Positions 58,201-64,000 of a DNA stretch of 64,000 bases are shown piece by piece; position 1 is the stretch's first letter, and each line of letters starts with the position of its first letter. Source of the DNA: Anaeramoeba ignava BMAN (lineage: Eukaryota > Protista > Anaeramoebae). Made by a program: the position numbers and the translations under genes. The DNA is taken from the NCBI GenBank assembly GCA_028826165.1, contig JAPDFW010000081.1, forward strand, positions 1,151,206-1,215,205, in the 5' to 3' direction. The notes beneath the pieces are model-generated. The model saw nothing but the letters and a program-made list of their open reading frames with translations. It was not told the DNA's origin and ran no database searches.

Positions 58201-59594
58201 TATCAAATAAAATTACCAAAATTTTTGGAGGAGTAAATAAAATTATTACAGACCTTATAGTTTCCATTGTTCAATCAGGAAACACACCTTCTAATTTAAG
58301 TAATTATGGAAGTGCTTTATCAAGATTATTTATTACAACAGTTCAAACATGTAAATCTATTATTGAAAATGCACAAATTACTAAGAAAGAATTTGATATA
58401 ATCCCAATACCAAATCAACAAACTTTGAATTCATTATCAAATCAATTTTATCAAGTTTCTGAAATTTTATGTAAAGTTTATGGATCTGAAATTTTTGATT
58501 CTTATTCAACTTTTTCTATTCCAAATTCTGAAACTTTAATTACAATAATGAATAATTTCCAAGAAATATCTAATTTTTGGGATATTATTTCAGAAAATGT
58601 TATAAACAGTAACAAAAATAACACAAGTTTTTCTTCAGAAATTTTAGCAAATCTTCAACAAATTCAAAATAAAATAATATTTATTAAAGAGAATAAAGCC
58701 AAAATAGTTGAAACAGATAATCCTAATATTACAATATTGAGTGAATTAATTGGGAAATTAATATCATTATTAACAAATATAGAATCATCAGAATCAGATT
58801 CCAAATCAAAATCAAAATCACCCTCAAACTCATTTAGTACAGGAACAACACATCAATTTATTATTGAATCAGCAAATTCACTCATTTTACAATTTAGCAA
58901 AATTACAACAGAAATGAAAACCAAATCAATAAATACTAAATTAGTTGAAGATTCTAATCCTATTATTAATCAATTTAATCAAATTTTACAACTATTAACA
59001 GGAAATTCACAATTATTTTATTCAAATACAAATTATTTAACAGCTTTTCAATCTTCATTAAATCAAATTTATCAAATAATCAAACAATTAAAACCAATTT
59101 CAGAATCTTTTGAAACAAATATTCAAGAAAGTATTTCAAGTATTTTCAAGTTGATTAATTTGATACAATTATTAATTTTCAAGCAATCACACATTATAAT
59201 TCGAACATCAATCCAAAAATTTAGTGAAAATTTTATTTCTTTATTTAAATCATCAAATCAAGCAATAACAGGATTTGGAGAAGAACAAAAACAGAAATTT
59301 TCAATTTTTGCACAAGAAGCTCATTTAAGTTTAAAAAACATAGCAAATTTAACACAATTAAAAGATAGTAAATCTTTAAATAATATTGATGAATTGGTAT
59401 TAAAACCTTTAACTTTATTACTTTCAAAAATTATTCCTTTTTATAATTATGTTAAAGAATTATCTGTTTCAGTTTCTGATCTTGATTCTCAATTAAATCT
59501 TCTTTCATCATTAAGTAATTTTAATAATCAATTTCAGAATTTTAAATCATTAATTGAAACATTAATAAAATTATTTAGTAATAAGATAATTTAA
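55216..59594 (+). CDS. Talin-like protein: talin-type FERM head (F0-F3) over 6 exons plus a helical rod
   Basis: MSLSLRV; GEWIKETETLSSYGLINGSIIEL; KTLFEQDV; ILSGNHLVGLDDALNFAALEMQIQIGNHDEKKHKPSF; GMSEKVAKERFV; VGITPEAL...IKRFA, all collinear with the talin head as recalled. Homopolymer frameshifts near 55340, 55375 and 56700. The 56982-59594 ORF is the end of the last exon. Confidence 0.78.
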
Positions 59595-59802
59595 AAAGAA
59601 AAGAGAAGATAAGAGAGATTACTAATAATTTTTTTAATTAATTTTTTTCTTTTTTAATTTTTCATTTTTCATTTTTCATTTTTCTTTTTTTTTTGCTTTT
59701 TTTCTTCTCAAATAAATAAAAAAAAAGAAAACATCAATTTAAAAAAAAACAATACAAAAACAACAAATTTTTCATTTAAAATTTAATTAACCAAAAAAAA
59801 TT

Positions 59803-62800
59803 ATGACAAATACTTGGAAACCAATAAGGAAATGTGCAGTTGGTTTGATATTTATTTAAAAAAAATTAATTTGAAATTTATAAATTAAAATATAAATAAA
59901 ATTATAAATAAAATTATAAATTAAATTATAAATTAAATTATAAATAAAATTATAAATTAAATTATAAATAAAATTATAAATAAAATTATAAATTAAATTA
60001 TAAATAAAATTATAAATAAAATTATAAATTAAATTATAAATTAAATTATAAATTAAATTATAAATAAAATTATAAATTAAATTATAAATAAAATTATAAA
60101 TTAAATTATAAATAAAATTATAAATAAAATTATAAATTAAATTATAAATAAAATTATAAATTAAATTATAAATTAAAATTATAAATAAAATTATAAATTA
60201 AATTATAAATAAAAATTATAAATAAAAATATAAAATTAAATTATAAATAAAATTATAAATAAAATTATAAATAAAATTATAAATAAAATTATAAATTAAA
60301 ATATAAATAAAATTATAAATAAAAATTATAAATAAAATTATAAATAAAATTATAAATAAAATTATAAATAAAATTATAAATAAAATTATAAATTAAATTA
60401 TAAATTAAATTATAAATAAAATTATAAATAAAATTATAAATTAAATTATAAATAAAATTATAAATAAAATTATAAATTAAAATTATAAATAAAATTATAA
60501 ATAAAATTATAAATAAAATTATAAATTAAAATTATAAATTAAATTATAAATAAAATTATAAATAAAATTATAAATAAAATTATAAATAAAATTATAAATA
60601 AAATTATAAATAAAATTATAAATAAAATTATAAATAAAATTATAAATAAAATTATAAATAAAATTATAAATTAAAAATTATAAATTAAATTATAAATTAA
60701 ATTATAAATAAAATTATAAATAAAATTATAAATAAAATTATAAATAAAATTATAAATAAAATTATAAATAAAAATATAAATAAAATTATAAATAAAAATA
60801 TAAATAAAATTATAAATTAAATTATAAATTAAATTATAAATTAAATTATAAATTAAATTATAAATTAAAATTATAAATTAAATTATAAATTAAAATTATA
60901 AATTAAATAATAAATAAAATTATAAATTAAAATTATAAATTAAATTATAAATTAAATTATAAATAAAATTATAAATTAAATTATAAATTAAAATTATAAA
61001 TTAAATTATAAATAAAAATTATAAATAAATTTATAAATAAAATTATAAATAAAATTATAAATAAAATTATAAATAAAATTATAAATAAAATTATAAATAA
61101 AATTATAAATTAAAATTATAAATTAAATTATAAATAAAATTATAAATAAAATTATAAATAAAATTATAAATAAAATTATAAATAAAATTATAAATAAAAT
61201 TATAAATAAAAATTATAAATAAAATTATAAATAAAATTATAAATTAAATTATAAATTAAATTATAAATAAAATTATAAATAAAAATTATAAATAAAATTA
61301 TAAATAAAATTATAAATAAAATTATAAATAAAATTATAAATAAAATTATAAATAAAATTATAAATAAAAAAATATAAATTAAATTATAAATAAAATTAAA
61401 TTATAAATAAAATTATAAATAAAATTATAAATAAAATTATAAATAAAATTATAAATAAAATTATAAATAAAATTATAAATTAAATTATAAATAAAATTAT
61501 AAATTAAATTATAAATAAAATTATAAATTAAATTATAAATAAAATTATAAATAAAATTATAAATTAAATTATAAATAAAATTATAAATTAAATTATAAAT
61601 TAAATTATAAATAAAATTATAAATTAAAATATAAATAAAATTATAAATAAAATTATAAATAAAATTATAAATAAAATAATAAATAAAATTATAAATAATT
61701 GTTTTATAAAGCTTTATATCAGTTTTCTCCAACAGCACAAGAACAAATACCATTAGAATTTGGAGAATTAATTGAAACAAGTGAAGAAATTGCAGGATGG
61801 ATAAGAGGAAGAAGTTTAATGACTGAAAGAATAGGAATTTTTCCATCAAATCATGTTAAAATTATAAGTGATGATATTCCATCAAAAAAAATATTAATGA
61901 ATTCTGTTTTTCATCCTTATATTGAAGCTGATCCTATTGTTATTGAAATTGATAATATTTTACTTGAATGGGCAGAATCTTTTCATGATTTTTTTATTAA
62001 AAAAGATTTTATTAATCTTAATTTCATACAACAAAAAATTAGACAATTATTATCACTTAGAAGAACAATTATTAATACTTCTTTATCTCGTGTTTGTGGT
62101 TTTAAATTCAAAATTCAATTCAAAATTCAATTCAAAATTCAAAATTCAAAATTCAAAATTAAAATTCAAAATTAAATTCAAAATTCAAAATTCAAAATTC
62201 AAAATTCAATTCAAAATTAAATTATAAATTCAAAATTCAATTCAAAATTAAATTATAAATTCAAAATTCAATTCAAAATTAAATTATAAATTCAATTCAA
62301 TTCAATTCAATTCAATTCAAAATTCAATTCAAAATTAAATTCAATTCAATTCAAAATTCAAAATTCAATTCAAAATTCAATTCAAAATTCAATTCAATTC
62401 AATTCAATTCAAAATTCAAAATTAAATTCAATTCAATTCAAAATTCAAAATTCAATTCAATTCAATTCAATTAAATTAAATTATAAATTATAAATTCAAT
62501 TCAAAATTAAATTAATTTCAAAATTAAATTCAATTCAAAATTCAAAATTCAATTCAATTCAATTCAAAATTCAATTCAAAATTCAAAATTCAAAATTCAA
62601 AATTAAAATTCAAAATTAAATTCAAAATTCAAAATTCAAAATTCAAAATTCAATTCAAAATTAAATTATAAATTCAAAATTCAATTCAAAATTAAATTAT
62701 AAATTCAAAATTCAATTCAATTCAAAATTAAATTCAATTCAAAATTCAATTCAAAATTCAAAATTAAATTCAAAATTCAATTCAAAATTAAATTATAAAT

Positions 62801-64000
62801 TAAATTATAAATTAAATTCAAAATCAAAATTAAATATAAATTAGGAAGTCAAAATATCTCTTAAAAAAAAGATTATTACTATCATTTCACAAGGAAATGA
62901 ATTAACTGGTGTAAATGAACAACCAAGAAATTCTAAAGGACATTTAGCAACAGAAGATAATACAAAAATTAATAAATTATTCAAATTATATAAACAAATG
63001 TCTCAAGAAGAAATTACCAAAAAAGAAATACAAAAATTAGAAGAAGATTGTCAACTTCTTCTTCGATTGGATGTAAATTAATTTATTGTTATATTTTTAT
63101 ATTGTTTTTTATTTTTATATTTATATCTTTTTAGGCTTTTTGTTATTGATATTGATGATGATATTGAATTTAATTTTTTCACTATGATTTTTCTAAAAAG
63201 CAAAAATAACTTCTGATTATTCAATTTTTTTAAGAAAAGGAGAACAACCAATGGATTTAGTTTCTAAAAATATTTTAAAAACATTATTTGTTGTATGAAG
63301 ATTTAATTTGGGAAAAATTTTAATTTAATTGGGAAATTATTTAGGAAATTACAAAAAGTGATAGAGAAAATCTTTATATTTCTTGTGATATTGTTAGATA
63401 TTCAGAAATTGCAAATCAAACAAAAACAAAAATTCAAAATAAATCAGATGGTCAATTATTTAGAAGACCTTATGCATGTTGTGTTTTAGCTTTATCAAAT
63501 GATTTACTTCAAACATGTTCAGGAAAATTAATGGATTTTGTTGCAGATGTTTTTACACCAAATCAAGAAAGTTTTTTCAGAAATATTCAAGAATGTATAA
63601 AAAAAATCAATTAAATTTTTAAATTTGATTTTTAATATTTATTTATATATTTCTTTTTAGTAATAATTTCAAATGATCCAAAAGTTGAAAAAAAAGTTGG
63701 AAGTAGAATTGCAATTCAATTATCAGCTCATTTTGGGAAATTAAATGAAGTATTGAAAAAACATACAGCATTATTATCAATTCAACAAACATTAAAAATG
63801 AAATTACCATAAGTGGTTTTACCATCATATTATCAACATGATTTATATATTGCAATGAAATTAGATTTTTCAAATTGTAAAGCTAAAAATATTGAATATA
63901 GATTAACTGTAAGAAAAATAATGGAAATGAATTAAGAGGATGTATAAATCTTCAAGGAAAAATGAATCAAATGAAAAACATATCAGTGGTTTTATATCAT
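59803..64000 (+). CDS. DOCK-A/B family (DOCK180-like) Rac GEF, 5' part: SH3, helical N-region, start of C2/DHR-1; continues beyond the window
   Basis: MTNTWKP..CAV|ALYQF..EQIPLEFGE....GWIRG....GIFPSNHV; EIDNILLEW; IISQGNELTG...PRNSKG; LFRRPYACCV. Exons 59803-59842, 61712-62091, 62845-63072 and further short ones. Confidence 0.85.
59878..61695. repeat. Intronic 12-mer satellite (ATAAATAAAATT/ATAAATTAAATT)n
   Basis: Fills DOCK intron 59843-61711; pure A/T for about 1.8 kb. Confidence 0.95.
62103..62835. repeat. Intronic (AATTC/AAAATTC)n satellite
   Basis: Fills DOCK intron 62092-62844. Confidence 0.92.

Noticed and set aside
1-64000. tRNA, rRNA, snRNA or transposase genes
   Set aside because: No GC-rich structured non-coding segment or transposase/RT motif was recognised by eye. 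A covariance-model search would be needed to exclude small RNAs.

Overview
Very AT-rich, gene-dense eukaryotic nuclear DNA with GT-AG spliceosomal introns and the standard genetic code. The style (TCATTTT initiator-like motifs, expanded RCC1-BTB family) suggests an amoeboid protist, possibly a metamonad such as Anaeramoeba; this is inference only. About 19 genes or gene fragments can be reconstructed by hand. These include eIF2-gamma (10 exons, with 3-, 9- and 11-nt micro-exons), UPF1, a NAM8/TRNAU1AP-type RRM protein, a nucleotidyltransferase-ankyrin protein, a cAMP-receptor-like GPCR, a GSAP homologue, a FtsX/MacB-like permease, a kelch protein, a rhomboid protease, a talin-head protein and a DOCK GEF. 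Two islands (1-8.4 kb and 43-52 kb) each combine intronless RCC1-BTB paralogues with a beta-propeller/FN3 surface receptor. The RCC1-BTB paralogues have near-identical scaffolds but 2-3-codon hypervariable spots in each propeller blade and mosaic tracts, resembling a diversified recognition repertoire; this is the strongest candidate novel system. Other signals: long introns each filled by a private 6-21-nt A/T satellite, a ~145-bp intergenic satellite, a recurring TTTTG(T/A)TCCACTTTTT element near gene 3' ends, and an A-to-T skew across exons. Several single-base frameshifts lie in homopolymers and are probably assembly errors. Most short ORFs in the supplied track are repeat or antisense artefacts.
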